Shown: positions 21,424-32,569 of the stretch, piece after piece
How positions within the stretch are numbered: position 1 is the first letter of the stretch
Layout of the letters: every line of letters begins with the position of its first letter
Assembly: GCA_963692865.2 (NCBI GenBank)
Contig: OY843592.1
Span: forward strand, 128,001 to 192,000
Source: a bacterium
GTDB taxonomy: Bacteria; UBA8248
Length of the DNA: 64,000 nucleotides
Reading direction: 5' to 3'
Notes under the pieces: model-generated
Told to the model about the DNA's origin: nothing
Database searches by the model: none
What the model saw: only the letters and a program-made list of their open reading frames with translations
Program-made: the position numbers and the translations under genes

Positions 21424-23673
21424 TCAGGCGGGCGCGGGCTGCGGCGTGCGTCCGTTGCGCCTGCTTCGCTGATACCAGTACAGGGCCGCGAAAATCGCCA
21501 CGGCAATCAGTTGCACCACGGGGCGCGGGCCGCTCGTGAAATCCGTGATGAGCGAGGGCCTGAACGCTGCGATGCACACCACAATCAAGACCGCCCGCTC
21601 GCCCCAGTTGCAATTATCGGCGAAATAGCCCTGAAGCGCGGAGGCGAAGGCGAACATCGCCACAAGGGAGACCACGCACACCCAGGCGATTTTCAGGAAA
21701 TCGTTGATCCAGATGATCTCGCCCTTGGGGCCGACCCCCTGCATCATCAAGAGCTCCAGGTTGTAGATGAAGACGAACGGCAGAACGGCGGTCCGCAGGT
21801 CGTAGACGAAGCCCTGCACGCCCGTCTGGATAGGGTCGGACTTGGCTATCGCGGATGCTGCGAACGCGGCGAGGCCCACCGGCGGCGTGTCGTCCGCAAG
21901 GATGCCGAAATAAAAGACGAACAGATGGGCCGCGAGCAGCGGAACCACGAGGCCCGCCTTGCCGCCCAGGCTCACGATGACCGGCGCGGTGAGCGTCGCC
22001 ATGACGATGTAGTTCGCCGTCGTGGGCAGGCCCATGCCCAGCACGAGCGAGCACAACGCCGTGAGCAGGAGCATGAGCACCACGTTGCCGAGAGAAACGA
22101 TTTCGATGAGTTCGATGAAGCGGCCGCTGAGACCCGTGAGCGTCACCGTGCCGACGATGATGCCCGCCGCCGCGGTCGCCACGCCGATGCCCATCATGTT
22201 CTTGGCCCCGGCCATCATCCCCTGCCACACGTCGCCGAAGCTCTGGCCGAAACCGGAGAGCACCCCGCGCCACAGGCGATCCTCCAATTCCTTGAAATGC
22301 GCCTCGCCGAACAACTCGCGCAGGCGGGCGGCGCCCTTCTCCCGCTTCATGTCGCCCAAGACGGCGATCGTGTTCTGCATGGGACGCTGGACGACGATGA
22401 TCGCCATGGTCAACAGGATCGCGTTGAAGGCCGACGCCACGGCCGACATGCGCAGGATGACCAGCGTGTAGATCAGCGCCAGGATGGGGACGACGTAGTG
22501 GATGCCGCCTATCAGCGTGCTCCAGAACGAGGGCAGCTCATCCGCCTCGAGCGGCCTTAAGTTGAGCTTCAGCGCTTCCAGATGAACGACGTAGAACAGA
22601 GCGATGTAAGAGAGCAGAGCCGGCAATATGGCGGCGCGCACCACGTCGAGATACGCCAGACCCAGGAATTCCGCCATGATGAACGCGGCGGCGCCCATGA
22701 CCGGCGGCATGAGCTGTCCGTTCGTGCTCGCGCCCACCTCCACGGCGCCCGCCTTGTAGGCGGGCAGTCCCACCTTCTTCATGAGCGGAATCGTGAAGGT
22801 TCCCGTCGTCGCCACGTTCGCGATGGAAGAACCCGAGACCAGACCCGTCATGCCCGAGGCCACCACCGCCGCCTTGGCGGGTCCGCCCCGGAAGCGGCCC
22901 AGCGCCGCGAAGGCCACCTGCACGAAGTAGTTCGCCGCCCCCGCCTTGTCGAGCAGGGAGCCGAACAGCACGAAGAGGAACACGAAACTCGTCGACACCC
23001 CGATGGGCACGCCCCAGATGCCGCTGTCGCTCAGATACATGTGGTCCACGACGAATTCGAGCGGAACGCCCGGATGCGCGATAAACGAGGGCATGTAGGG
23101 GCCTACGAAACAATAGAGCAGGAATACCATGGCGAGAATCGGGAGCGCGGGGCCGAGCGCGCGGCGCGCGGCCTCCAAGAGAAGAACGACGAGAATCATC
23201 CCCACGATGACGTCTTGCCGGATGGGAAGCCCCGAGCGCTGGATGATGTTCGCGTAGTCCCACGCCATGTAGAACGCGCCCATCCCCGCGAGAATCGCGA
23301 GCGCGTAGTCGTACCAGGGGATGACCTCCCGCGTGGAGCGCTGGGGCCGCATGAAGCCGGGAAAAAGCTGGATCGACGCGCGCTGAATCCAGCTTTCGCC
23401 GGGCTTCTTCGTCCCCGGGAAGGCCAGATAGACCATCGTGATGGCGAAGGTCAGGTGGATGCTTCTGGCGATGATGGAGTTAAGCGGGGTGTAGGCGATA
23501 TAGAGCTGAAAACAAGACCAGGAGATTGCGAGAACAGAGACCAGCCAGGCCGTCAGGTTCTTGGGCTGCCTCCCGCCGGATTCCGCCTCGGCGGCGATCT
23601 CCTCCGCCGCCCGTTTCGATTCTTCGTCTATCTCTGCGCCCAAAACGTCTGCGGAATCACCCGGTTCGCTCAT
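21424..23673 (-). CDS. TRAP transporter 4TM/12TM fusion permease
   Basis: GGPAKAAV, SGSSIAN, GQLMPPVMGAAAF, GMGLPTTANY, DDTPPV. Confidence 0.93.
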   Translation of the reverse strand: MSEPGDSADVLGAEIDEESKRAAEEIAAEAESGGRQPKNLTAWLVSVLAISWSCFQLYIAYTPLNSIIARSIHLTFAITMVYLAFPGTKKPGESWIQRASIQLFPGFMRPQRSTREVIPWYDYALAILAGMGAFYMAWDYANIIQRSGLPIRQDVIVGMILVVLLLEAARRALGPALPILAMVFLLYCFVGPYMPSFIAHPGVPLEFVVDHMYLSDSGIWGVPIGVSTSFVFLFVLFGSLLDKAGAANYFVQVAFAALGRFRGGPAKAAVVASGMTGLVSGSSIANVATTGTFTIPLMKKVGLPAYKAGAVEVGASTNGQLMPPVMGAAAFIMAEFLGLAYLDVVRAAILPALLSYIALFYVVHLEALKLNLRPLEADELPSFWSTLIGGIHYVVPILALIYTLVILRMSAVASAFNAILLTMAIIVVQRPMQNTIAVLGDMKREKGAARLRELFGEAHFKELEDRLWRGVLSGFGQSFGDVWQGMMAGAKNMMGIGVATAAAGIIVGTVTLTGLSGRFIELIEIVSLGNVVLMLLLTALCSLVLGMGLPTTANYIVMATLTAPVIVSLGGKAGLVVPLLAAHLFVFYFGILADDTPPVGLAAFAASAIAKSDPIQTGVQGFVYDLRTAVLPFVFIYNLELLMMQGVGPKGEIIWINDFLKIAWVCVVSLVAMFAFASALQGYFADNCNWGERAVLIVVCIAAFRPSLITDFTSGPRPVVQLIAVAIFAALYWYQRSRRNGRTPQPAPA

Positions 23674-23785
23674 ATATTCGCCCCTCGAATCATTGCCTCG
23701 CTTCGTGAAAAAATCGAACCCGAATCGCCGCGCGAAGCCGGGGGGCGCGCGGCCCCCCGGCCCGTGCGGTGGACGTTCGTCTGAA

Positions 23786-24757
23786 TTACTTCTTCATCAG
23801 GCCTGCTTCTTTGTAATAACGCGTGGCGCCCGGATGGAAGGGAGCCGAGAGCCCCCCGAGCATGTCTTTTTTCTGCAAGTACTTGAACGCCGCATGCGTG
23901 GCGCGGAACTGATCGAGATTATCGAAGATGGTTTTCACGACGTTGTAGACCACGTCGTTGGGCTGTTTGTTGCTGGTGACGAAGGTGGCCTTCACCGCGT
24001 AGGTCGGCACGTCCTTCTTGACGCCCTTGTAGATGCCGCCCGGGATGTTCGTCATGACGTAGTAGGGCTTGCCGGCCACCAGCTTCATGATGCCCGGAGC
24101 GTTGATGGGAACCATGCGGATCGCCGTGCTGTTGGATATCTCGAGACCGCCGCCCCAGGGGTTGCCCACGGTGTAGAAGAACGCGTCGATCTTCTTGTCC
24201 ACCAGCGCGCGGCTCGCTCCACCCTGCTGCAGACCCTCGGCCTTGATGTCCTTTTTCATGTCGATGCCGTAGATTCTCAGGATGTCCGTCGCGTTTCCGC
24301 GCTGGCCGGAGCCGGGGTTGCCGATGTTGACCCGGCGGCCCTTGATGTCCGATACCTTCATGATGCCGGAATCCGCGCGCGCCACGAGCATGACGGTTTC
24401 CGCATGAGCGCTGAATACGCTGCGAAGGCCCTTGTAGGCTTTGCCCTTCCAGTCGGCCGCGCCGTTATAGGCCTGCCAGTTCCTGTCGGACTGGGCGACG
24501 CCGAAGTTCAACAGGCCGCGCTTGATGGCGTTGATGTTGAACACCGAACCCAGCGCGGGACGGCCGATGCAATTGTAGCCCTTGCTCTTCAAGGTCTTGT
24601 TCACCAGCTTGCAGACGTTGAGAGCCACCTGGTAGTACACGCCCGTGGTGGAGCCGCCGCCGACCACGAGGAACTTCGCGGCGCTCGCCGGAACCACCGT
24701 TCCCGCGATCGAAACCGCCGCTAAGAAAGCGATTACGAATTTCATTGTCCTTTTCAT
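23786..24757 (-). CDS. TAXI-family TRAP solute-binding protein
   Basis: GGGSTTGVYY, GSVFN, AQSD, GNPGSGQR, PFHPGATRYYKE. Confidence 0.92.
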   Translation of the reverse strand: MKRTMKFVIAFLAAVSIAGTVVPASAAKFLVVGGGSTTGVYYQVALNVCKLVNKTLKSKGYNCIGRPALGSVFNINAIKRGLLNFGVAQSDRNWQAYNGAADWKGKAYKGLRSVFSAHAETVMLVARADSGIMKVSDIKGRRVNIGNPGSGQRGNATDILRIYGIDMKKDIKAEGLQQGGASRALVDKKIDAFFYTVGNPWGGGLEISNSTAIRMVPINAPGIMKLVAGKPYYVMTNIPGGIYKGVKKDVPTYAVKATFVTSNKQPNDVVYNVVKTIFDNLDQFRATHAAFKYLQKKDMLGGLSAPFHPGATRYYKEAGLMKK

Positions 24758-25063
24758 CGCGTATTCTCCTTGAGTGAAGTGAGGTGGATAATAGACTTGC
24801 CAAGCATCGCTGCCGATTGTTTCCTCCGTACCGACGGCATCCACGCCTATTCTTCGCGGATGGCGAGTTCTTCGGAAAACCTATAAACATCGGCTCTTGC
24901 CGATTCTTTGTTCTCGGAATGATTGCCCAATTGAAGGATAATGAGCGAAAAACACGATGTCAACCGGAAACTAAACGCCGGGGAGCCATTTCCATTGCTT
25001 TGGGGTATTCTCATCGTCGGAAGAAATCTCCCGTCTTTTCTTATCCTGCTTCGAGGCTGGACA

Positions 25064-26272
25064 ATGAACCGGGCAACTTGGGACGTCATCGTCATCGGAG
25101 GCGGCATACTCGGCCTTTCCACCGCCATGGAGGTCACCCGCCGCCACCCGCGAAAACGCGTCCTCGTCCTCGAGAAAGAAGCCGGCGTCGGCCGCCATCA
25201 ATCGCTCCACAACAGCGGTGTGATTCACTCGGGGCTCTACTACCGCCCCGGCTCGCTCAAGGCGAAGACCTGCGTAGAGGGCGCGGCCGCCATGGTGCGC
25301 TTCGCACAAGAACACGGGGTCAACCACGAAATCTGCGGCAAGGTGGTCGTCGCAACGGAGGAGGCGGAAATCCCCCGCCTGGAGGAACTCCACCGCCGGG
25401 GCGCCGCGAACGGAATCGAAAACATCACGGTTCTGGGGCCAGAGGAACTGAAGGAAATCGAACCCCACGCCCGGGGCGTCAAGGCGCTTCGGGTGCCCTC
25501 CACGGGCATCATCGACTACGGCGGCGTCGTGCGCGCCTACGCCCGCATCGTCACCGAGGCGGGGCAGAGCATCCGGACGTCCGCGCAAGTCACCGGCATC
25601 GCCGTCTTGAAAGGAGAAAAGCGCGTCGAGACGACGGCGGGGGATTTCGCGGGTAAGTTCATCGTCAACTGCGCGGGGCTTTACGCAGACAGGGTCGCGA
25701 AACTCGCGGGCGGGGCGCCGCCGATGAAAATAGTACCCTTTCGGGGCGAGTATTACGAACTCGCCTCCGAGCGGCGCTCGCTCGTGAAGAGCTTGATCTA
25801 CCCGGCGCCCGACCCGGCGTTCCCCTTTCTCGGGGTTCACTTCACCCGCCGCGTGGACGGGAGCGTCGAGGCGGGGCCGAACGCCGTCCTGGCCTGCATG
25901 CGGGAGGGCTACACGAAAACGCGGGTCGACCCCTACGATCTCTTCGAGACCCTCACCTATCCCGGTTTCCTGAGGCTGGCCATGAAATACTGGAAGACGG
26001 GACTGGGCGAGATGGTCCGCTCCCTCAGCAAGGCCGCCTTCACGCGCGCGCTGCAAAAGCTCATGCCCGAGATCCGGGAATCGGACCTCGTTCCCGCGGG
26101 CGCGGGCGTCCGCGCGCAGGCGGTGGACCGGGACGGCGATCTGCTGGATGATTTCTCCATCATCCATACCGAGGGGGCCGTCCACGTGTGCAACGCCCCC
26201 TCGCCGGGCGCTACGGCGTCGCTGATGATAGGCCGCGCCATCGCCGACATGGCAGATGAAATGCAAGAGTGA
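25064..26272 (+). CDS. lhgO: L-2-hydroxyglutarate oxidase
   Basis: IGGGILG, HQSLHNSGVIHSGLYYRPGSLKA, PFRGEYY, FPFLGVHFT, GVRAQA, NAPSPGATAS. Confidence 0.93.
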   Translation: MNRATWDVIVIGGGILGLSTAMEVTRRHPRKRVLVLEKEAGVGRHQSLHNSGVIHSGLYYRPGSLKAKTCVEGAAAMVRFAQEHGVNHEICGKVVVATEEAEIPRLEELHRRGAANGIENITVLGPEELKEIEPHARGVKALRVPSTGIIDYGGVVRAYARIVTEAGQSIRTSAQVTGIAVLKGEKRVETTAGDFAGKFIVNCAGLYADRVAKLAGGAPPMKIVPFRGEYYELASERRSLVKSLIYPAPDPAFPFLGVHFTRRVDGSVEAGPNAVLACMREGYTKTRVDPYDLFETLTYPGFLRLAMKYWKTGLGEMVRSLSKAAFTRALQKLMPEIRESDLVPAGAGVRAQAVDRDGDLLDDFSIIHTEGAVHVCNAPSPGATASLMIGRAIADMADEMQE

Positions 26273-26426
26273 ACGCCGTGGCACGACAGTTCGGGTCGCG
26301 AGGGAAAAGACTTCCGCCTTCGTAGAGACAAGTCGCGACCTGTCTCCTACAGGTCGGCAAGAAAAAGCTGGTGGTTCGCTGGAACAACACCGGAACCGAC
26401 ATACATCCCAACGAGACACAACTCCA

Positions 26427-27113
26427 TCAACCTCCGGGTCGGTAGGCGCTCTCTGGCGGGTCGGGCCTGCGCCAGGGCCGGATGAGCTTTCCGCCCCGAT
26501 AGGCCGCCTCGTAGGGGCCATCGGGCGTCAAGACCACGAGGGGGCTTTTTCTTCGACTCATCCTCCGGCGATAGCGCCTGCTTTGCGCGACGTAGAGTTC
26601 GCGCTCGCCGGGCAGCAGTTCGAAGAGGCGGTCGAAAAAGCGCAGGAATTCACGGACGAACTTCTTCGTCGCCGCACGATGGCGATCCACGAGGTAGCAT
26701 TTGCCCTCCAACACCCGGTTGTAGACCAGACCCAGAAAATTCTCCTCGCCGTCGAAATAGGGTTCGTAGGGAAACGCGCGGCACGAGACGGAGCGGTTCT
26801 CCCGCTCGCAATGCGCGGCGCCCCGGCACTCGATGAAAACGCTCTGCTCCTCATCGACTTCTTCGACCATCGCGAGTTCAGAGGGCATGCGCGGCCTGAA
26901 CTCGTGCCAGAGCCGCGTGCGCGATTCCAGAAACTTCCACTCCTCGCGATGGGCGACGGGGACCACCCAGCCCGAGTCGCAGCAAAAAGGAACCCCCTCG
27001 TTGAAGGGCGCGCATTTCTTCCCGCAGTCGAACCGCGCGGGCGGACTCGCAAAGCCCGAATAGAGCGCCTCGAAATCCTTCGGCCGCAGCTTCGCCGCCC
27101 TCATCTTTTCCAC
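26427..27113 (-). CDS. Cys-rich conserved protein (YkgJ/zinc- or iron-cluster-like)
   Basis: DCGKKC, PFCC, EC.GAAHC, RSVSCRAFP, KCYL. Confidence 0.6.
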   Translation of the reverse strand: MEKMRAAKLRPKDFEALYSGFASPPARFDCGKKCAPFNEGVPFCCDSGWVVPVAHREEWKFLESRTRLWHEFRPRMPSELAMVEEVDEEQSVFIECRGAAHCERENRSVSCRAFPYEPYFDGEENFLGLVYNRVLEGKCYLVDRHRAATKKFVREFLRFFDRLFELLPGERELYVAQSRRYRRRMSRRKSPLVVLTPDGPYEAAYRGGKLIRPWRRPDPPESAYRPGG

Positions 27114-28687
27114 TATGCCTCATCCTCATCTTCGCCAGCGCCTTCGGTCGAATCCGCCGGGCGCGCTCGGGAGGCGGCGGCATGTGCAGAGGCGGCCAAG
27201 GCCCTCGATATGGCCGCGGCGGCCTGATGAAAGAGGACGGCGCAATAGTCGACCTCGTCATCATCCATCTCCCGCGGCGCATCGAAGTAAAACGCAGCCA
27301 ACCCCACGACTTTTCCCAACGCGACCAGCGGAAAGACCACGGCTCCGCCCACCTCTTCGGCCCTCAGCGCCTCGGGCGCGCCGTACCATTCATCGGTGGA
27401 GGCCACCTCGACGATCTCCCTTTCCCGCAAGGCGATCCGCTCCGGCAGGCCGGAATCGGAAGAAGCGACGGCGCGCCGGTAGTCTCCGCCCAGGCGCGAT
27501 GAGCACACTTCAAGAAACCGCTCCGCCGCTTCGTCGTACAAGGCGGCGTAATACCTCTCGGTCGGGAAAAAACGCGAGACTTCCCCCACGACGGTCAGGA
27601 TGACGTCGCGAAAATGCGCGCCCGCCGCCACCGATTCGCTCACCTTGGAGATAGTAGCGAGCTGGTCCGAAGCGAGCCGCCGCCCCGAGACTTCCTGACC
27701 CGACCCCGCTCCTCTCGTCCGAAGAGCTTCGCTTTCCTTCCCCTGGCCGGGTTTCAGAAAATAAAACAAGGCGAGCGAGGCGAGCCAGAACGCCAGCATC
27801 AAACCTGCCGTCATCGTCAATCCTGTATCCAGCCCCGAACGCTCCGCCAGATGGACGAGGCGCAGCCGCCTCACCCCGAGGTGGAAGATGGACTGCGTCA
27901 TCGAGCGTTTGTCCGCATTCGCGGCGTTGAAGGCGTCGGGGTCGCAGCAAACCGGAACATCAATGGCCGGGGCGAGTTCTCTCTTGAAGGCTCCGTCGAT
28001 GCTCTCGGAGAGGAACTTCTCCCCCCGCCTGGCGAAGAGGACCTTCTGTTCGGGCTCCGCCAACAGGAAAACGCTTTCGCCGGGAGCCGGCTCGCCCTCG
28101 CGCAAGGGCAGCAGCGATTCCGCCGGAACGATGACGCCCCAGAAACCCTTGGTCGACGGCGAGGGCGCCAGCACCAGCATGATCGGTACGCCGTTTAATG
28201 TGCTCGATTGAACGTCGAACTCCCGCCTCGGCGGCTTCGCCTCCCGCGCCCGCTCCGAGACGGAGAGAAGCGACCGCCTCGCACCGGCCCAGAGACCCTT
28301 CTCCTCGGCCCCAAGGGGCGGCATGCTCCCTACCCTGCGCGAATCCAGAATACCGCCCCGCTCGTCGAGCAGCACCGAAGCGGCGAAGGATGCTCTGGAT
28401 TCCCCGCCCAGGAGAAACGAAAGCGCTTTCCCCTCCCTCTCGGCGACGCCCGGAACCGCCGCCATCAGGAGTTCGGCCCCTTGAATCCTCCCGAGCAGGA
28501 AGTCGACGCGGCCGCGTATTCCGGCCTTGAAGTCCTGCAGACGGCTCGCGTCGCGCTCGGAGTATCGGCTCAGGAGCGCATCCCGGACGGTTCGATGGGC
28601 GAAATAGGCCGCGCCTGCCGCAAATAGGGCCGTGATGATCGCAAAAACCAGGAGAGGAGAAATTGATCTTCGGGAATTCTCATCCAT
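27113..28687 (-). CDS. Membrane protein: two TM helices around an extracytoplasmic sensor-like region, with a C-terminal GAF domain
   Basis: Real start is probably MDENSRRSISPLLVFAII; second TM GLMLAFWLASLALFYFL; GAF motif AVVFPLVALGKVVGLAAFYFDAPREMDDDE. Confidence 0.65.
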   Translation of the reverse strand: MDENSRRSISPLLVFAIITALFAAGAAYFAHRTVRDALLSRYSERDASRLQDFKAGIRGRVDFLLGRIQGAELLMAAVPGVAEREGKALSFLLGGESRASFAASVLLDERGGILDSRRVGSMPPLGAEEKGLWAGARRSLLSVSERAREAKPPRREFDVQSSTLNGVPIMLVLAPSPSTKGFWGVIVPAESLLPLREGEPAPGESVFLLAEPEQKVLFARRGEKFLSESIDGAFKRELAPAIDVPVCCDPDAFNAANADKRSMTQSIFHLGVRRLRLVHLAERSGLDTGLTMTAGLMLAFWLASLALFYFLKPGQGKESEALRTRGAGSGQEVSGRRLASDQLATISKVSESVAAGAHFRDVILTVVGEVSRFFPTERYYAALYDEAAERFLEVCSSRLGGDYRRAVASSDSGLPERIALREREIVEVASTDEWYGAPEALRAEEVGGAVVFPLVALGKVVGLAAFYFDAPREMDDDEVDYCAVLFHQAAAAISRALAASAHAAASRARPADSTEGAGEDEDEA

Positions 28688-28779
28688 AACACGTCGGCCG
28701 ATGCCCTCGCCCGCCGGAGCGCGCATCGCGCAGGGAAAAGCGATGCGCCCCAAAATCGCCGGGCAACGCGTAGAACCGC

Positions 28780-29799
<1,020 letters not shown>

Positions 29800-30135
29800 G
29801 CCTTTCTTGTTCGGTGGAAATTCGCGCTGCGAAATAACGTATATTCAATTTCTATCATCGCGGCCGCCGCCGGGCAAGTCGAAAAAACCATCGACGTATT
29901 TGGAGAATCCATTCCCCCCTCTCGCCAGGCGGTTCCGCCCGGACCATACACGCCAGGGCACTCCCATTCTCCTTCTCTCAGCGGGTCGCGCGCGCATGGC
30001 GGCGTTGATCATTGCACCCCGTTTTGTTAGGTTTGGCGCTCAACCCGTTTCAGCGGGAACCGTTCAGCCGGATCATTCCCCATGTATGCGCGCGGAAGCA
30101 CATAGTGGGAAAATCGTTTTTCAATGGAGAGGGAA

Positions 30136-30531
30136 ATGGCGGAAGAAGAAAAAGAAGAGGAAACAAACGAAGCTGAAGCGCCTGAACAAGATGAGTCGCC
30201 TGAACAGGTGGGCCCCGTTCTGACGGCCAAAGAGATTGACAAGATGAACGTGCCCAAGCTCAAGGAAGCCGCACTGGAGTACGGCGGAAAAATCTCGGGC
30301 GTCCACGGCATGGGCAAAATCCAGTTGATCCGGGCGCTCAAGGAGATAAACGACATTCCGTTGCTCGAAGCGAAGCGCACCTCGAAAATCGACAGAAGCG
30401 CCGTCAAGCAACAGATCAAGGCTCTCAAGAACATGCGGGATCAGAATATCGAGGCGAAAGACGGCGTCCAGCTCAGGCGCGTGAGAAAACGCATCAAATC
30501 GCTTCGCAGAAAACTGGTGCGAACCGCTTGA
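30136..30531 (+). CDS. Small protein with a Rho-N-like helical domain and basic coiled C-terminus
   Basis: IDKMNVPKLKEAA...GVHGMGKIQLIRAL resembles the Rho N-terminal fold; no Rho ATPase domain. Confidence 0.55.
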   Translation: MAEEEKEEETNEAEAPEQDESPEQVGPVLTAKEIDKMNVPKLKEAALEYGGKISGVHGMGKIQLIRALKEINDIPLLEAKRTSKIDRSAVKQQIKALKNMRDQNIEAKDGVQLRRVRKRIKSLRRKLVRTA

Positions 30532-30532
30532 G

Positions 30533-31564
30533 TTGAATGCGCGGTTGGGAGATTTCATTCCCCCGGGAGAAACGATGCCCGCACACATATCCCTGCCCCT
30601 GTCCTCGAACGGAGCAGTCAAATTCACGGATCGCATCCGGGAGGACGTTTCCCGCCTGGAGCGCACCGAACTCTCCACGCTGCAGATCAACGTGGGCAAA
30701 TACTGCAACCAGACTTGCGCGCACTGCCACGTGGGCGCGGGCCCGCACCGCAAGGAGATCATGACCGGGGAGACGGCGAGCCGCATCATCGAATGGCTCG
30801 AGGATACGCAGATACCCAACGTCGACATCACGGGGGGCGCGCCCGAGTTGAACGCCCACTTCAGGCGCATCGTCGCCTCCGCCCGCCGCAAAGGCCGCCA
30901 TGTGATGGTTCGCTGCAATCTCACGGTCATCTACGAACCGGGCCAGGAGGATTTGATCGATTTCTACCGCGAGAACCGGGTGGAACTCATCTGCTCGCTG
31001 CCTTGCTATCTCGAAGAAAACGTGAACGCCCAGCGCGGAGACGGCGTTTTTGAAAAATCCATCCGCGCGCTCCGGGAGTTGAACGAGGCGGGGTTCGGCC
31101 CGCCGGGCGATCTGGCCCTGAACCTCGTCTACAACCCCGTGGACGACAACCTCCCGCCACCGCAAGAGGCGCTCGAGGCGGACTATAAGCGCGAACTCCT
31201 CAAGCGCTACGGCCTCCGCTTTCACCGTCTCTACACCATCACCAACATGCCCATCACCCGTTTCGCCGGTTATCTGAAGGCGAACGGGAAGCTGGATTCC
31301 TACATGGCGGCGCTGCGCGGAGCCTACAACCCCGGGACGCTGCCCGGCCTGATGTGCCGAAACCTCATCAGCGTGGGGTGGGACGGCGTCCTCTACGATT
31401 GCGACTTCAACCAGATGCTCGACATGTCCCTGGGCAACGGGACGCCCCTGAAACTTTGGGACGTAGCGCCTGACGCCCTGTTGGATCGCGAAATTCTGCT
31501 GGGCGATCATTGCTTCGGCTGCACGGCGGGGGCGGGTTCTTCCTGCGGAGGCTCTCTGGCGTAG
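30533..31564 (+). CDS. arsS: Arsenosugar biosynthesis radical SAM protein ArsS family (Cys form)
   Basis: LQINVGKYCNQTCAHCHV (CxxxCxxC), DITGGAPELN, SLPCY, YDCDFNQML, HCFGCTAGAGSSCGG. Confidence 0.9.
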   Translation: MNARLGDFIPPGETMPAHISLPLSSNGAVKFTDRIREDVSRLERTELSTLQINVGKYCNQTCAHCHVGAGPHRKEIMTGETASRIIEWLEDTQIPNVDITGGAPELNAHFRRIVASARRKGRHVMVRCNLTVIYEPGQEDLIDFYRENRVELICSLPCYLEENVNAQRGDGVFEKSIRALRELNEAGFGPPGDLALNLVYNPVDDNLPPPQEALEADYKRELLKRYGLRFHRLYTITNMPITRFAGYLKANGKLDSYMAALRGAYNPGTLPGLMCRNLISVGWDGVLYDCDFNQMLDMSLGNGTPLKLWDVAPDALLDREILLGDHCFGCTAGAGSSCGGSLA

Positions 31565-31681
31565 AGAGCGGAGTCATCGAAAAAATTTCTGGTCTCTTTC
31601 CTGACATCAAGGTATTATGATGTTATCCACGAGGTTGCTTCGATAATTTCTCATACGCCATGTTCGGGGCCGCAACTCGAA

Positions 31682-32503
31682 ATGAAAACGGAGCGAATTC
31701 CATTGTCTCGCCTGCGAGAAATCAGATCGCGGTATTCATGGCCGCGCGGACTGCTCGCCCTGGCCTTGGTCCTCGCGCTTCTGTGCGCTTCGGCTTCTCT
31801 CGCCCGTGGGTCGAACCACGACCCGGGCGACGAAGAACGGACGGTCGAATCCATCGACCCGTTCGAGGAATTCAACCGCGCGGTCTTCGGCTTCAACGAG
31901 GCGCTCGACGCCGTCATCTTCCTGCCGCTCGCGAAGATATACCGGGCCATATTCCCCAAACCCGTCCGCGATTCGTTCCGCAATTTCATGCGCAACCTGA
32001 ACGCCCCCTTCATATTGGCGAACGACGTCCTCCAGGGGGAGGGGGAGCGCGCCGGGACCACCCTGAACCGGTTTCTGATCAACACCACTCTGGGAGTGGG
32101 GGGACTGCTCGACGTGGCGAAGGGGATGGGTTTCGCGCATCACGACGAGGATTTCGGCCAGACCCTGGGCGTCTGGGGTATGGGAGAAGGGGTATACCTC
32201 GTGCTCCCCATCATCGGTCCCTCGACAATTCGAGACGGCCTAGGCAAGGTGGGAGACGCCTTCATCAATCCGCTCAACTACATGAGCACCGCAGGCGACG
32301 ACGCGGAGAAAGTTTTCTTCGGGCACAGCCACAACATGGCGGATTTTCTCTTCGGGCTGAGGCTCCTGGAAGGCATCGACGCGCGCGAGCGCCTCATCGA
32401 ACCCATCGAACTGCTCAAGAAAGATCCCCTCGCCCTGGACTATTACACCCTGATTCGAAGCGTCTTCCTCCAGCACCGCAAGAAAGAGATCCTCAACAAA
32501 TAA
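31682..32503 (+). CDS. mlaA: MlaA/VacJ family lipid-asymmetry protein
   Basis: DPFEEFNRAVFGFN, RFLINTTLGVGGLLD, EDFGQTLG.WG, PIIGPST.RD. Confidence 0.9.
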   Translation: MKTERIPLSRLREIRSRYSWPRGLLALALVLALLCASASLARGSNHDPGDEERTVESIDPFEEFNRAVFGFNEALDAVIFLPLAKIYRAIFPKPVRDSFRNFMRNLNAPFILANDVLQGEGERAGTTLNRFLINTTLGVGGLLDVAKGMGFAHHDEDFGQTLGVWGMGEGVYLVLPIIGPSTIRDGLGKVGDAFINPLNYMSTAGDDAEKVFFGHSHNMADFLFGLRLLEGIDARERLIEPIELLKKDPLALDYYTLIRSVFLQHRKKEILNK

Positions 32504-32569
32504 TCGGCTCCGCCGGGCGCGCCGCCATCTCTCGCGCCATGCGCGGCATGGAGGGGAAACCGGGATTCA

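Noticed and set aside
31500-31564. Possible selenocysteine in the ArsS C-terminus
   Set aside because: The codon in GSSCGG is TGC (Cys)
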